In this document: one piece after another, positions 51,101 through 64,000 of the stretch
Layout of the letters: each line of letters starts with the position of its first letter
How positions within the stretch are numbered: position 1 is the first letter of the stretch
From: Mytilus edulis
Lineage: Eukaryota
Length of the DNA: 64,000 nt
Reading direction: 5' to 3'
Assembly: GCF_963676685.1 (NCBI RefSeq)
Contig: NC_092345.1
Coordinates: 33,542,001-33,606,000, forward strand
Notes under the pieces: generated by a model
What the model saw: only the letters and a program-made list of their open reading frames with translations
What the model was told of the DNA's origin: nothing
Database searches by the model: none
Made by a program: the position numbers and the translations under genes

Positions 51101-52107
51101 TAAGAAATAGTCCGAGATTTGAAATAGTCCAAAAGTTCTATAGAATTTTTAAGAATCCACAAATGGTGCATTCCACTGCGTGATTGAATAATTTTGACGT
51201 TTGTGGTTCAACATTTTATTTTATAATTTATAATAGAAATATAACATAATGACATTTTATAGAGCAATAACATACTGACAGGATCTTTCAAAGTACAGAG
51301 TCACATTGACGGGATGTATAAGTACCGATCCACGTTAAATGTATATCACAGAAAACAATCCAACAGTAAAAGTAATATTAATAATACAACAAAGAAAAAT
51401 GAAAAAAACAATATAACACGTTGTTAAGATGATAAACAACATCAGTACGCAGAATCTATACATCAAGACCATCATGTATTATTTGTGAAGACCATCATGT
51501 ATTATTTGTGAAGAATAATTTTGACGTTTGTGGTTCAACGTTTTTTTTCTAATTTATAATAGAAATATAACATAATGACATTTTATAGAGCAATAACATA
51601 CTGACCAGACCTTTCAAAGTACAGAGTCACGTTATCAGAACCAAAGAAACAAAAAAAGTCGCATTTACAAAACACACCAGCAAAAATGAAAGATAATACA
51701 AACACATTGATGGGATGTATAAGTACCGATCCAAGTTAAATGTATATCACAGAAAACAATCCAACAGTAAAAGTAATATTAATAATACAACAAAGAAAAA
51801 TGAAAGAACAATGAAAGAACAATATAACATGTTGTTAAGATGATAAACAACATTAGTACGCAGAATCTATATATCAAACCATCATGTATTATTTGTGAAG
51901 ACCATCATGTATTATTTGTGAAGAGAGTGACCTATATCCCCTATTTAATAAATAGTAGAGCTAATGTATGTAGCTTTGCAAAGAAAAGTTAATATGGTTT
52001 TGGCCGATTTTTAATTACAACGTAATAAAAAACTAACATTATATGTATTTTCAATAACTTTCCTGAGATATTGACGAGTCTACGACTTTTCACCAGGATA
52101 ACCATTG

Positions 52108-53708
52108 CAGGGCCGTAACTAGCCTCTTTTAATAGTGAGGCAAAATATATTCGCCGAGCGTAGCGAGGCGAAAAAAATTTGGTGAAGGACCCCAGAAGCT
52201 CTGAGAAAAATAACGCAAAATCATGCATTCTGAGCGTTCCACGGACTCTTTCTTACATTGAAACGCAAATAATCTTTCGCTATTTTTTCGACAATATTCT
52301 GGTCTCAAAGCAAAAACGTAGATTTATTGTAATTTAAGACTTTTCGGTTTTAGGGGCAACATTAAAAGACCGATATGTAGGATAAAGTAAAAATCGTATT
52401 TCTCATAATCATTAATACCGGGTCTGTCTGTCTGCTCTTGTCTTGTATTGTGCTGACTTTGGTGATTTTTTTATGACTAGATTTAAATATAGTGACAGTG
52501 CAGTATTATACTTTAAGTACTAGTACTGCTTAAGTCGACACTAGGGACCATATTGATCTCTTTTACGGTATTAATGATTATTGAAGTTCAAGACCCTCCA
52601 GCAACTATCAAGATGAGGAACAGGAATAAAAACTTTGACCATTGATCATTTGTATTTTTTCTATGCATTGACTTTGTGTGCGATTAGGTCCCGTGCACGT
52701 TTACTCTATATTCCTTTATTTTCTGTAAAAACACGACTTAATGCAAGTTTAACCCTTCAATGTAAAAAGTCATATGGCAATACGTTGTTTTTTTTCAAAT
52801 GATTTGATACCGGGAAATTGGTGGTCTTTCTTTAATTTAAACCATGTCAGCTATGTAGTTTTATCCACAGGAGCTTGATTATATGATACAGATATTTTTT
52901 TTTATTTATTTTGTTGTTGATTAAAATAGTAAATTTTCTATATTTATAATACATATCTATCACTTCTGTGAATGTCTCACCTATATATAGCTAGTTTCGA
53001 GTGATTTAAACGACTCCGAGAAAATACCTAATTTTACAATCCATACTCAGAAAAATTGCCGTATTTTCTCTGTTCAATTATACATGCAGAAACGACAATT
53101 TTTTTCTGTGTCCAGTATAGCATCGTAAATGGATATAGGAAGATGTGGTGTGAGTGCCAATGAGACAACTTTCCATCCAAATAACAATTTATAAAAGTAA
53201 ACCATTATAAGTCAATGTACGGCTTTCAACACAGAGCCTTGACTCACCCCGAACAAAAAGCTATAAAGGGCCCCAAAATCACTAGTGTAAAACCATTAAA
53301 ACGGGAAAACCAACGGTCTAATCTATATAAAAAACGAGAGCATATTCTTAAAAAATTTTCCCGCACAATATCTAGACATCGGTGGACATGCAACATTGCA
53401 CACGTTTACAAATGAAAAACAACGCTCAGACTATAGTCATAAAGTAGGACAATAAAAGAACAAAAGACAAACCCGAGACACAGAAGTACAAACAATAGAC
53501 CATCAACTCCGAAAATCAAAAGTAAAATAGAAACATAGATCACGAAAAAACTACACGGGCGACATCAGGGAGTGAAGAGAACTTGCTTCTTGGAAGACAC
53601 TTTCCGTGAAAACAATTTGATATAAAGACAATCTTTTTTTTTCATTTTTTTTTTAAATTTCCAGCATGAGGCATTTGCCTCATTTGCCTCAATGTAGTTA
53701 CGGCCCTG
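52108..53708. mobile_element. 1.6-kb non-autonomous TIR element (hAT-like CAGGG ends)
   Basis: Perfect 14-bp TIRs CAGGGCCGTAACTA / TAGTTACGGCCCTG; imperfect flanking duplication ACCATTG / ACCATAC; empty site at ~19089. Confidence 0.85.
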
Positions 53709-54223
53709 ACCATACTAAGACAATACTCATGCTTCACTAAACCAACCGCGAAATCAATGCAATTCACAACTATGATTGTTTTTAAATATCGCTTCGCTTC
53801 GGTTGACTATGCTATTTTTGTGTTATAACCGATCTGTCCGGACAATGTAAATACACAATATTTATTTATCTATAACTAGATACATACGCAAACTTTTGGA
53901 TGCAAAATTGAAAATACTGTTTCAGGACTTTCAGCGCTCGGATTTTTTTTTTCTAAAGATAGAAAAAATCTATGTATGTGAAGTAAGCAGCCGGTTCGTT
54001 ATTCGATATTCAATATTCAAAATCCAACCGGCTGCTAGCAGTCAGTTCTTTGAAGTAACATATTTGTCTTTATGTACTATAGATTTTTATCAATGAAAGG
54101 ACTTCAAAGATGGAGTTTTAAATATAATATTTCTCAAAACAAAAAGAAACACTGATAATACTAGGAACATTTAAAATAAAGTAAAAATATTTATGGAAAG
54201 CCCGAAAAAGAAATTTATAGTGA

Positions 54224-54712
54224 AATAAAATTGAGAATGGAAATGGGGAATGAGCCAAAGAGACAACAACCCGACCATAGAAAAAAAAAACCAACAGCAG
54301 AAGGTCACCAACAGGTCTTCAATGTAGCGAGAAATTCCCGCACCCGGAGGCGTCCTTCAGCTGGCCTCTTAACAAATATATACTAGTTCAGTGATAATGA
54401 AATTCATACTAATTTCCAAATTGTACACAAGAAACTAAAATTAAAATAATACAAGACTAACAAAAGCCAAAAGCTCCTGACTTAGGACAGGCGCAAAAAT
54501 GCGGCGGGGTTAAACATGTTTGTGAGATATCAACCCTCTCCCTATACCTCTAGCCAATGTAGAAAAGTAAACGCATAACAATACGCACATTAAAATTCAA
54601 AAGAAGTCCGAGTCTGATGTCAGGAGATGTAACCAAAGAAAATAAACAAAATGACAATAATACATAAATAACAACAGACTACTAGCAGTTAATTGACATG
54701 CCAGCTCCAGAC
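54224..54712 (-). mobile_element. Interspersed repeat (ATTGAGAATGGAAATGGGGAATG terminus) inserted in the left foldback arm
   Basis: Absent from the unit 1 arm (ATAGTGAA|AATCTACC at ~19770); same family as the fragment at ~2722-2838. Confidence 0.75.
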
Positions 54713-55900
54713 TACCGAAACCGCTTAAATGAGGGTGAGACCCTCCTGGTCTTTCAATGACCATAAAATTCAACTAGGTCATAGACTCTGTATATATAAA
54801 GGTTGTATCAGAAGGATTTACCAGAATAATGTCATCTTCGATATCTACAGAGGGCTTAGATTGTCACTTTTCAGCAAAAAACTGTCAAAATTTTAGGACA
54901 AAGGGCACAGGGCAATGATGAGAGCATACTGAGCTTTCAATCTTTCTAATATTATGCAGACATTTAGTTAATAGGTAGATGCAAACGTGCCTAAAAGGAA
55001 TTTAGGTACACTTCCTGTCTTATATATTTACAGAGAGCCCAATCCTTCTGATAAAACCTTTATATATACAGAGTATTTGATTAACTTGTATTTTATGAAC
55101 ATTGAAAGACCAGGAGGGTCTCACCCTCATTTAATCGGTCTCAGCTAGGTTTTCACTATATATTTTGAATATCTAACTGGCACTTTGGGCCCTTCGTAAA
55201 CATAAAAAAACAGGAAGTGTACCTAAATTCCTTTTGGTCACGTTTGTATCTACTTAGTAACTAAAAGTCTGCATAATATTAGAAAGATTAAGAGATCAGG
55301 GGCTCTCACCATTGCCCTGTGCCCTTTGTCTTAAAATTTGGAAAATGTTTAGCTGAAAAGTGACAATCTAAGCCCTCCATAGATATCGAAGATAACATTA
55401 TTTCGGCAAATCCTTCTGATACAACCTTTATATATACAAAGTCATATGATTTACTTGTATTTTATAGACATTGAAAGACCATGGGGGTCTCACCCTCATT
55501 TAAGCGGTCTCGGCTAGGTTTTCACTATATATTTTGAATATCCAACTGGGACTTTGGGCCCTCCGTAAACATAGAAAACAGGAAGTGTACCTAAATTCCT
55601 TTTAGTCACGTTTGTATCTACCTATTAACTAAAAGTTTGCAAAATATTAGAAAGATTGAGAGATCATGAGGCTCTCACCATTGCCCTGTGCCCTTTGTCT
55701 TAAAATTTGGGTAATTTTTAGCAACAAAGTGACAATCTAAGCCCTCCATAGATACATGTATCGAAGATGACATTATTCCTGCAAATCCTTCTGATACAAC
55801 CTTTGTATATACAGAGTCTATGATTTACTTGCATTTTATGGACATTGAAAGACCTGGGGGGGGGTGTCTCATCCTCCGTTGAGCGGTCTCAGCTAGGTTT

Positions 55901-56174
55901 CGCATTTTTGCGCCTGTCCCAAGTCAGGAGCCTCTGGCCTTTGTTAGTCTTGTATTATTTTAATTTTAGTTTCTTGTGTACAATTTGGAAATTAGTATGG
56001 TGTTCATTATCACTGAACTAGTATACATTTGTTTAGGGGCCAGCTGAAGGACGCCTCCGGGTGCGGGAATTTTTCGCTACATTGAAGACCTGTTGGTGAC
56101 CTTCTGCTGGTTTTTTTTCTATGTTCGGGTTGTTGTCTTTTTGACACATTCCCCATTTCCTTTCTCAATTCTAT
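55901..56174 (+). mobile_element. Shorter copy of the same repeat inserted in the right foldback arm
   Basis: Reverse complement of 54224-54503; absent at ~21760 (GCTAGGTTT|TCACTTTATA). Confidence 0.75.
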
Positions 56175-59100
56175 ATTTAACTTTATATGTATTTTGGGCT
56201 TTCCATAAATATTTCTATTTATATTTCTAAATGTTTCTAGAATATTATATCGAATTTCCTTTTTTGCTTTAAGAAATATCATATATAAAAGTAAATCTTT
56301 GAAGTCGTTTTATAAAAATCTATATTACATAAAGACAAATACATGTATGTAACTTGGAAAAGGGTTTATATTCGAATTTATGACAGCTTGAAGAGGTCAT
56401 TAAACGATTTCCTACGTATCTGATCAGTCCCCTGAACTATGAAAATCATGCTTTTTATGTTATCAAAATTTTATTTTTTTTATTATGATTTTCAGCAAAA
56501 TTTTGACTATCGAACTGACTACTAGCAGCCGGTTGGATATTGAATATCGAATAACGAACCGGCTGCTAACTTCACATATATAAAAAAAATCTTAAGTTTA
56601 TATACTGTAGTAAAAAATGATAAGCAATATGAAAGTTAATGGATGTGAAAAGGTCAAGGCTAATCTCAATTTGCTGTATTATCAATTGAAAAAAATCAAA
56701 AAGTTCAATATTTGTAATTGCAGCTATTCTTATAAATAGTCAAATTTGTCGTTTTGACATTCTATGCAGCAAAAGCTCATTGAACCGTTTTTGTATCATT
56801 CTGATGAATGAATATCAGAAAATTTATCTTTTTTTGCTTGTGGTTGTAATATTGATATTTTTATGCTTGACATTTCACTCCAATTTGAGAAAAATGTGAC
56901 CACCCTGGGTATTCTTATTTTACTGTCTTTCCATCAATATATGATTTAGATATGTGTTCTTCTGGTGCATTAAAGTTTTAACAAATGGAGTCTGGATGCA
57001 GATCTAAAATTCTAGTTACGATTATCATATCAAACACCCCCATTTTTTTTATCCTCCTTGAATTTCACGTGGTCGTATGATATCCAGTTTTTTCACTTTG
57101 TCATATAGAATTTAAAACGTAAAAATCAAATTGGTCAAACTTTAAATAAAGTACTTCTATTTTTTAAATGATTGATCTGAAACCCGGGTTAGGTATTTTC
57201 TATCATAACGATCAAAATGAAATCGAAAACAGTTGAATAAAATTATCAAATATAAACAGTAAGAACTTTGGATAATGTGATTGCGTAACGTTAATCATGC
57301 AACATATCAAAATTACTATCCCTACAAACCTGCTCGTGCATTTTTCATTGTTATTCAACGCAAATTTATTTTCTAAGATACCTGGCACGATCTTATTTCA
57401 CAAAGGATTTCTATTGTCTACTTATTGTACCTCGAACTTATTTACCCGATGTAGATCTTTAAGTTGAGGTTCAATTCAATAAAAGTTAATCGGGCATGAC
57501 TAATTAGATACGCCCTCTTAAAATCAGGGGGTGCGAAATAGGATTGGGAAAAACACCCAGCAAAATACCTTAATTTACCATTTCAAGAATTTGTTTGATT
57601 CAAAGTGCTTCTGGTTGCTTAAATATCTTCGATCAATAATCAGGCGGTATTTTGTGGAAATAAATAACCTGTCCCGAACTGGGAGATGTTGGCTGCAATA
57701 GGAATTAATTTATAAAAAAAGTCCATATCTCATTTACTCATAGTGGCCGTTATTGTTTGTAAATTCATGACGTTTTGTATATGACATTCGTCTATCGTGG
57801 AGAAAAAAAGGAAGGAGGGCTTATTAACTTAACGAGTTCGATCATTATGGTTCAAATCTATTCTATTACGGCATACGTTTTACCTCTAGCGAACGCTCTG
57901 CCTTATTGTAAAAAGTGCCACTCTAAATTTGTAAACATTTGCTTCAAATTGATCCACTTTGAATCTAGTCGTGAATATGCATTTTCCGTCAAATATTATA
58001 TATCCGAAAAGGGACATTTGATTTACTATTATTTACCGTGAAAGATAATAATCCCAACAATCACAAGTGTTTGAAACAATTCACCTGCCATTTTTTAAAA
58101 GTATCTAACCTAAATTGGATGAGTGAAATGATATTGTAAACTACACGTAAACATGGATGATCGACTTTAGGGTAGATTTTATGAATCAAATTAAAAACTC
58201 TTGCACCTATTGTACGACCTACCTATTGTATTTAAAATTTATGTGTTGTAGTCATTAACAGGCATGAAATATTTGCTACTGGACTTAAAGCAAACAACAA
58301 TCAATCAATTTGATTAATATCTCTGTTACAGTACTAGTACTTGGCACACAAAGACAAGATCTTGTAAAATGCTATAATTTACAATTTTCATTTAAATTTT
58401 TATGTTGTTTTCTTTTCTTCTTTTTTTTTTTGAGGGGGGGGGGTGTCTCTTCAGTTTATCACATAAATGACTGCTTATTCAAAAGTTCTAGATATTTTTT
58501 TACAATTGTTCTTATCTAATGTTTAAATACGATTTATAACATATGATTTTTTTTGTCGGGCAAGGATAAAACTAAGAAAGATAAAAGTTTTTTTCAGGTG
58601 TTTTTGCTTCATTTGGACACGAAAAGGGAATAACGGACGACTAAATTAAAGTGTTTGTTTTCATATAATATATTGAACTTGCGAATATATCTCACCAACA
58701 CGTTTTGATCGGGACAGTGAAACCTAGTTCAATACGGTTTTATTCATTGAAGTTTGCATTCATAGTTCTTATTTAAAAAAAAACACAAATAAAGCAAGAT
58801 CTATTAATTAATTGGACTGAATAGACAAAACTAATTATTCTGCATTCGCATGTATCTTAATGTAGGAAAATTACCAAATCAGAAACAAAAGGAACATTTG
58901 CCGGATGAATATTGTGAAGGACCTTATGCATCTAGGACTGTCCGATTAAAAGTTCTTAAACAAGCTGTTTAAAAAGCTAATTGTTGGAAGAGTTTACTTA
59001 CTGTTTTCTAAAGTCTGATCTACGATTCTATTTCATGATTACTGACAGATCGAAAACATCAAGTATATATAGCATGAAGTTGTTATGCATAATATTCATT

Positions 59101-59451
59101 GGTCAGTTATAAATGAGGTCTGTACGGGGGTTTTGATTGCTGATTTATTAAATAAGAAATCGTTATTTTGAAAAGTTGGCTAAAAATATAAATTTACCCC
59201 CTAATTTTGTAAAACTATCATTTGATGTTATTTAGATGCTATTTTTTTTTTATCATAAATAAATAATTATATGATGTAATGTCATTAAATAGGTCCGTTT
59301 TCATTTCAATTTGGTAACTGTTAATTGTATATATCAGTCTGAGTACTGTTTAACTATCATTTAAGTTTAGCATATTTAGACTCGTCCAGTACAGGGAAAT
59401 TAGGTTTCTGCAAGTGCTTTTTATGTACTTTTCATATAGTTTTGACGGTTT

Positions 59452-60700
59452 GTAAAAGTTCAATGATAAGTTAATATTGATATTAAAAGGCCTCCGAACA
59501 AAAAGGGGTGTTCAGATCCCCGAACCCGAAGGATATTATATATCCGAAAAGGCGCATTTGATTTACTATTATTTACCGTGAAAGATAATAATCCCAACAA
59601 TCACAAGTGTTTGAAACAATTCACCTGCCATTTTTTAATTTTGATTGGTGAAAATTTAAGAAGTTTTAATATATACTAGCAAAAGAAAAACACTTCACTG
59701 TATAATAAAACGGTAAAATAAATAATGATAATGGATGACGACCAGCGGCGAATAAAATTAATATTCAGGACGATTACGTGAAATATAATAAGAGCATTAA
59801 CCCCGTTTTTTACTAGACTGACAAGCTGAGTCTTTTTTTTATCTTGTAAGTTTACAAGATATTAGTTCGCAGGAAGAAAAGTCACCCGACCAGGACACAT
59901 TTCCGACGCTGAGCCGGCCAGTCTGTGGTCTTACTTTATGATGCCACGTGTTAAGCGTTAAAATGGAATACCAATTTAATTAACGTCTTTGTTTGACCCG
60001 TTCGAGATTCGAACAAATTTAATGACCTCCCGCTCTCGAGGCGAACGTCCCCACACGAGACCAACCAAGAGAGCAGTAGTGATCGGTAGTACAGAATATC
60101 ATACCAAAAACTAAAGTACAATACACAATACAGTTTCACAGAATTCTCACAGTTACTAAAGCGAGCTAAAAGTATCTAACCTAAATTGGAAGAGTGAAAT
60201 GATATTGTAAACTACACGTAAACATGGATGATCGACTTTAGGGTAGATTTTATGAATCAAATTAAAAACTCATGCACCTATTGTACGACCTACCTATTGT
60301 ATTTAAAATTTATGTGTTGTAGTCATTAACAGGCATGAAATATTTGCTACTGGACTTAAAGCAAACAACAATCAATCAATTTGATTAATATCTCTGTTAC
60401 AGTACTAGTACTTGGCACACAAAGACAAGATCTTGTAAAATGCTATAATTTACAATTTTCATTTAAATTTTTATGTTGTTTTTTTTTCTTCTTTTTTTTT
60501 GAGGGGGGTGTGTCTCTTCAGTTTATCACATAAATGACTGCTTATTCAAAAATTCTAGATATTTTTTTACTATTGTTCTTATCTAATGTTTAAATACGAT
60601 TTATAACCTATGATTTTTTTTGTCGGGCTCGGGGATCTGAACACCCCTTTTTGTTCGGAGGCCTTTTAATATCAATATTAACTTATCATTGAACTTTTAC
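59452..60700. repeat. 1.25-kb segment bounded by 78-bp inverted repeats, containing a duplicate of 57993-58561
   Basis: 59452-59529 and 60623-60700 match at 77 of 78 positions; 59533-59638 matches 57993-58098; 60167-60628 matches 58096-58561. Confidence 0.88.
59875..60073 (-). mobile_element. Decayed tRNA-derived SINE with a Meta-domain-like core
   Basis: Minus strand: tRNA-like head with a B-box-like GTTCGAATC, then GGTCAAACAAAGAC..AAATTGGTATT..AGTAAGACCACAGACTGG..GGCTC..AATGTGTCC. Confidence 0.65.
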
Positions 60701-62313
60701 TATTACATACACGCTTTAACTTGTATTTTCTCAACAGTTTATTGATTCTCTTAATATTATCAAATAATGTACAAGTAATTAAACATAGTGTGATCAAATT
60801 GATTAAAATTAATTTATATAGTATGAAAAAGGAAATAAACGCTTACAAAATTTAAAATCTTGAAAAAAAACCACAAATGAAAAGACAACGGTTATAAAAA
60901 TTAACTCATGAGTAGTATACCGCTGTTCAAAACATTGATTTTGTGTATGTCTCAACATCTGTAAACACTGCACACTGTTCGCTTATATATCTGTTACACT
61001 GACATTTTCATATCACCACATGTATTATACAGAAGAGTAATTTTTATTAATCATTGTACAATTTCTAAATTTAAACGTGAATCTGAATAAAAAGGTAGTA
61101 TACGTATTTCAAACAACATCCGATATTCTTTGCGTATCAGTCTGTACGGCTTTAGTATTGAGAGAGTTGAATGTATTGTATATAAAGTCAAAGGTAAATT
61201 ACGAATTTTGTATTGTTTTAAAAAATATTTCTTTCTTTAAATACTATATTTGTCCTTAAACATTTATTCTACCGGAATAATTAACTTGCTTTCATTAACT
61301 GCGAGTACTCTCAACTCATAATTTCCTGTTAATTTGACATATTGATACTATTTGTAATGCTTTTTGTTATTTAATGTTTACCTATTAAGGGTTATATCTC
61401 GTCTCTATATTTTAAATTATACCAGCTTTGATAAGTGTTTCAATTTTCTCCCCTGTTTCCGTACTATGAACAGGAAAAATATTTATCTTGTAAAATCAAT
61501 TTCTGTTCTCAAATATACTGAATACCTTACAACAAAATTATTTTCATTGACCATTGTGCAATATTCTATTTGGCGGCATTTGGTTCAAGGTTTTATTTGC
61601 CTCCTGAAATTACCTAAGTTAGAGACCTCAGTTTTTGTCCTGATTTTCAGTAGTTGTCGTTTGTTGATGTGGTTCATGAGTGTTTCTTTTTTTCGTCTTT
61701 TATATAAATTAAACCGTTGGTTTTGCCGTTTGAATTGTACTCATGTATGGGGCCCTTGATAGCTTGCTGTTCGATATGAGCCAAGGTTCCATGTTGAAGT
61801 CCGTACTTTGATTTATAATGATTTTTCTTTTACAAACTGTGACTTGGATTGAGAGTTGTCTCATTGGCCCTCATACCACATCTCCTCCAATCTATGAGGA
61901 TTAAACGAAAAGCAATATAGGTTGTTCAAATTGATTACGATGAATTTATGTTGTACGAAATGAATATACCCGAATCATAGATACCAGTAGTAAAGTTTGG
62001 TACACCGTTGTTGGAAATAATCTCATCATAGGTACCATCATTTGAATTGTGAACGTCAAATTAATGACTTTATTGGTAGCATATACTTTATAATTTGTTG
62101 TAAATTCGTTGACATAATCCTTGTTCATCAAATTTCTGTTCAGACACAGATGAAGCTCTAAACTCTTGAATAACGAACGATTTGTAAAATTAATATCCCA
62201 TATGCAGGTGAAGTTGGTATATTGCTACTTAGGTTAAGAGGTGGAATTGGTAATTTCAAAATTAAAATCGTCTCTTTTGCCATAGAGTCGTGTACATTGA
62301 GATGACCGCTTAT

Positions 62314-63400
62314 CAGTCGGAAACCCGGTTGAAATAGAACAAAAGAATCGAAGCTCTTTGTTAGAGAAGGCGAGAAATGTTTACTGTAATTTTTACTATA
62401 GTGACAAAAAATTTAAAAGTTAATAGAAACAAACAAAAATACAATTTTCTTCTCAATTACGAAGTGTTTTATTTAGTTTTCAATTTATTTAGTACATAGT
62501 TAAGCAGAACAATTAGATATCAAGTCGACGACATGGGGTATCTTTCAAGTTGGATGTAGAAAAAGCATAACCTCCGATTCAATTTTTTTTTACCACGGAC
62601 GGAAAACATATCAATCTATTAGTTTAGTAATTTTTGTGTCTGCCCTTCCATTGTGTGACTCAAGAAAAAATTCCAAAAAAATGGGTAACAATTGTATCGA
62701 AAAGAGAAAATCGAGTCCACCTTTTTATGTTAGGGCGTGTTTGAGTTGAATATTTTGTCTTGATATCGTACAAAGCAAGAATATTTCATACATCGTCTCG
62801 CTTCAGATTCTATCATTTTTATATATCAAAGCTACAGGTTGATTTAATAACATAAAAAAATCACAGTTCTTAAAGATGAAATATATGGGTCAAGTGAAAT
62901 ACCTATCTAATGAATCAAAAAACAGAGTAGGTGTGTTCGAATAGCTATTTATTTACTGAAAGTACTTGACGGCAGTTTTTCAAGTTGGATGATGAATATG
63001 CATATCTTCGAAAAATTATAATTTTTTGTGTGTGATAACTAGGGTTTATAGTCTTCAACCACTAAAAAAATCTAGTCTGCCCTTCCACGAAATATTTAAT
63101 TAGAATTTTTTTAAATGTTTATGAATTTTCGAAAATTCCACCTGACAACCGATCAGACAATAGTTTTAAGTTGAATCAATGCAGACAAGATCATTAACTG
63201 ATGCTCATTAGCTAGTTGATACATTTGTCTTTTAAAATACAACTGACATACGGATCGTATTGGTGCAATGTGGATAAATTTATCGGTTTCCAAGAGCAAC
63301 ATTGGTAGCGCGTCAACCCTACAATGGCTTCCATTTCTACGATTGTGAAAATAAACTGGCGTCATGGGGAGATAATTTTGACGAAGTAGAATCCTGACTG
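62314..63400. mobile_element. 1.09-kb non-autonomous element with CAGTC...GACTG ends and 4-bp TSD TTAT
   Basis: TTAT at 62310-62313 and 63401-63404; empty site GACCGCTTATGATTAAT at ~32384. Confidence 0.82.
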
Positions 63401-64000
63401 TTATGATTAATTCGAGGTATAATTCTAAAAATGATGTTTAGAAGCCGTGTCTGTTTGTTCTCTTTTTTCTATCTCGAGGATATATTAATGAAACACAATT
63501 AGAAAAGTTTGGATTGTAAATGGAAAGAACATTATCAATTACTCTGACATTAGAGGATCTGGCTTCTTTAACCTTCTTTTTTCCACTCTGGCATATAAAA
63601 TTTAACTTAAAATAAAATTTGTCTAACTTTCAAAACAATGCTTCTGTTTTTGAATAAATCATAAAAAAAAACCGAGTTAGCTTTTTTTGTATCATAATGA
63701 TCAAAATGAAATGAAAACTGTTAAATAAAATTATTAAATATAAACAGTAAAACATAATTTTATTGATTAACGTTAATCATGCAGAATGTCCACATTACTA
63801 TCCATACACTCTATTTATATCGTGTACTTCCTTAACAGTTTTTTTTATTTTCCTCAGGTTATTAAATAAAGTTATTAAACATAGTGTAATTAAATTGATT
63901 TCAATGAATTTATACTGTACAAAATATGTTGAACCCAATAAGAAAGGTTTCAATTGTTAATGAAACAAAAATCATCAATAAATCTGAAAATGGCTTCTTA

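Larger units (their letters stand above)
53971..56580. repeat. Paralogous foldback element with an expanded ~370-bp internal tandem unit
   Basis: Same arms as 19364-22170; the right arm has two full units (~55095-55465, ~55466-55840). Confidence 0.88.
51058..64000 (+). repeat. Segmental duplication unit 3 (incomplete at the window end)
   Basis: Collinear with 15415-25235, then with 32390-32740 and 35740-36405. Confidence 0.9.

Noticed and set aside
57323-59454. TACAAACC...GGTTTGTA as TIRs of a Tc1/mariner element
   Set aside because: Only 8 bp match and no transposase sequence; could be chance.

Overview
AT-rich, repeat-dense eukaryotic genomic DNA. The repeat families (MetaSINE, Helentron-like HINEs, Penelope-like elements, hammerhead retrozymes, Kolobok) suggest a bivalve mollusc, probably Mytilus-like; this is inference. 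The only host gene is a DUF229 (alkaline-phosphatase-superfamily) type II membrane protein encoded by one large coding exon (25787-27736). It lies in a tandem segmental array: unit 1 is intact, unit 2 carries a pseudogene (42161-44112), and unit 3 starts near 51058 and runs off the window, probably just before a third copy. The rest is nested transposon debris: a full-length decayed RTE LINE inside a CR1/L2-like LINE, a near-intact DD35D pogo/Fot-like transposon with a PHD finger, a KolobokP-like transposase with DEDDh exonuclease, a Ginger2 derivative, several TIR elements with empty sites in paralogous units, and a large foldback palindrome. The most notable signals are (i) hammerhead-ribozyme retrozyme copies that all end in the same register about 40 nt past the cleavage site, including fossils just upstream of the DUF229 splice acceptors, (ii) mirror-image insertions in both arms of a palindrome, and (iii) a microhomology-bounded capture or template-switch structure. 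All family assignments come from motif recognition by eye; no searches were run.
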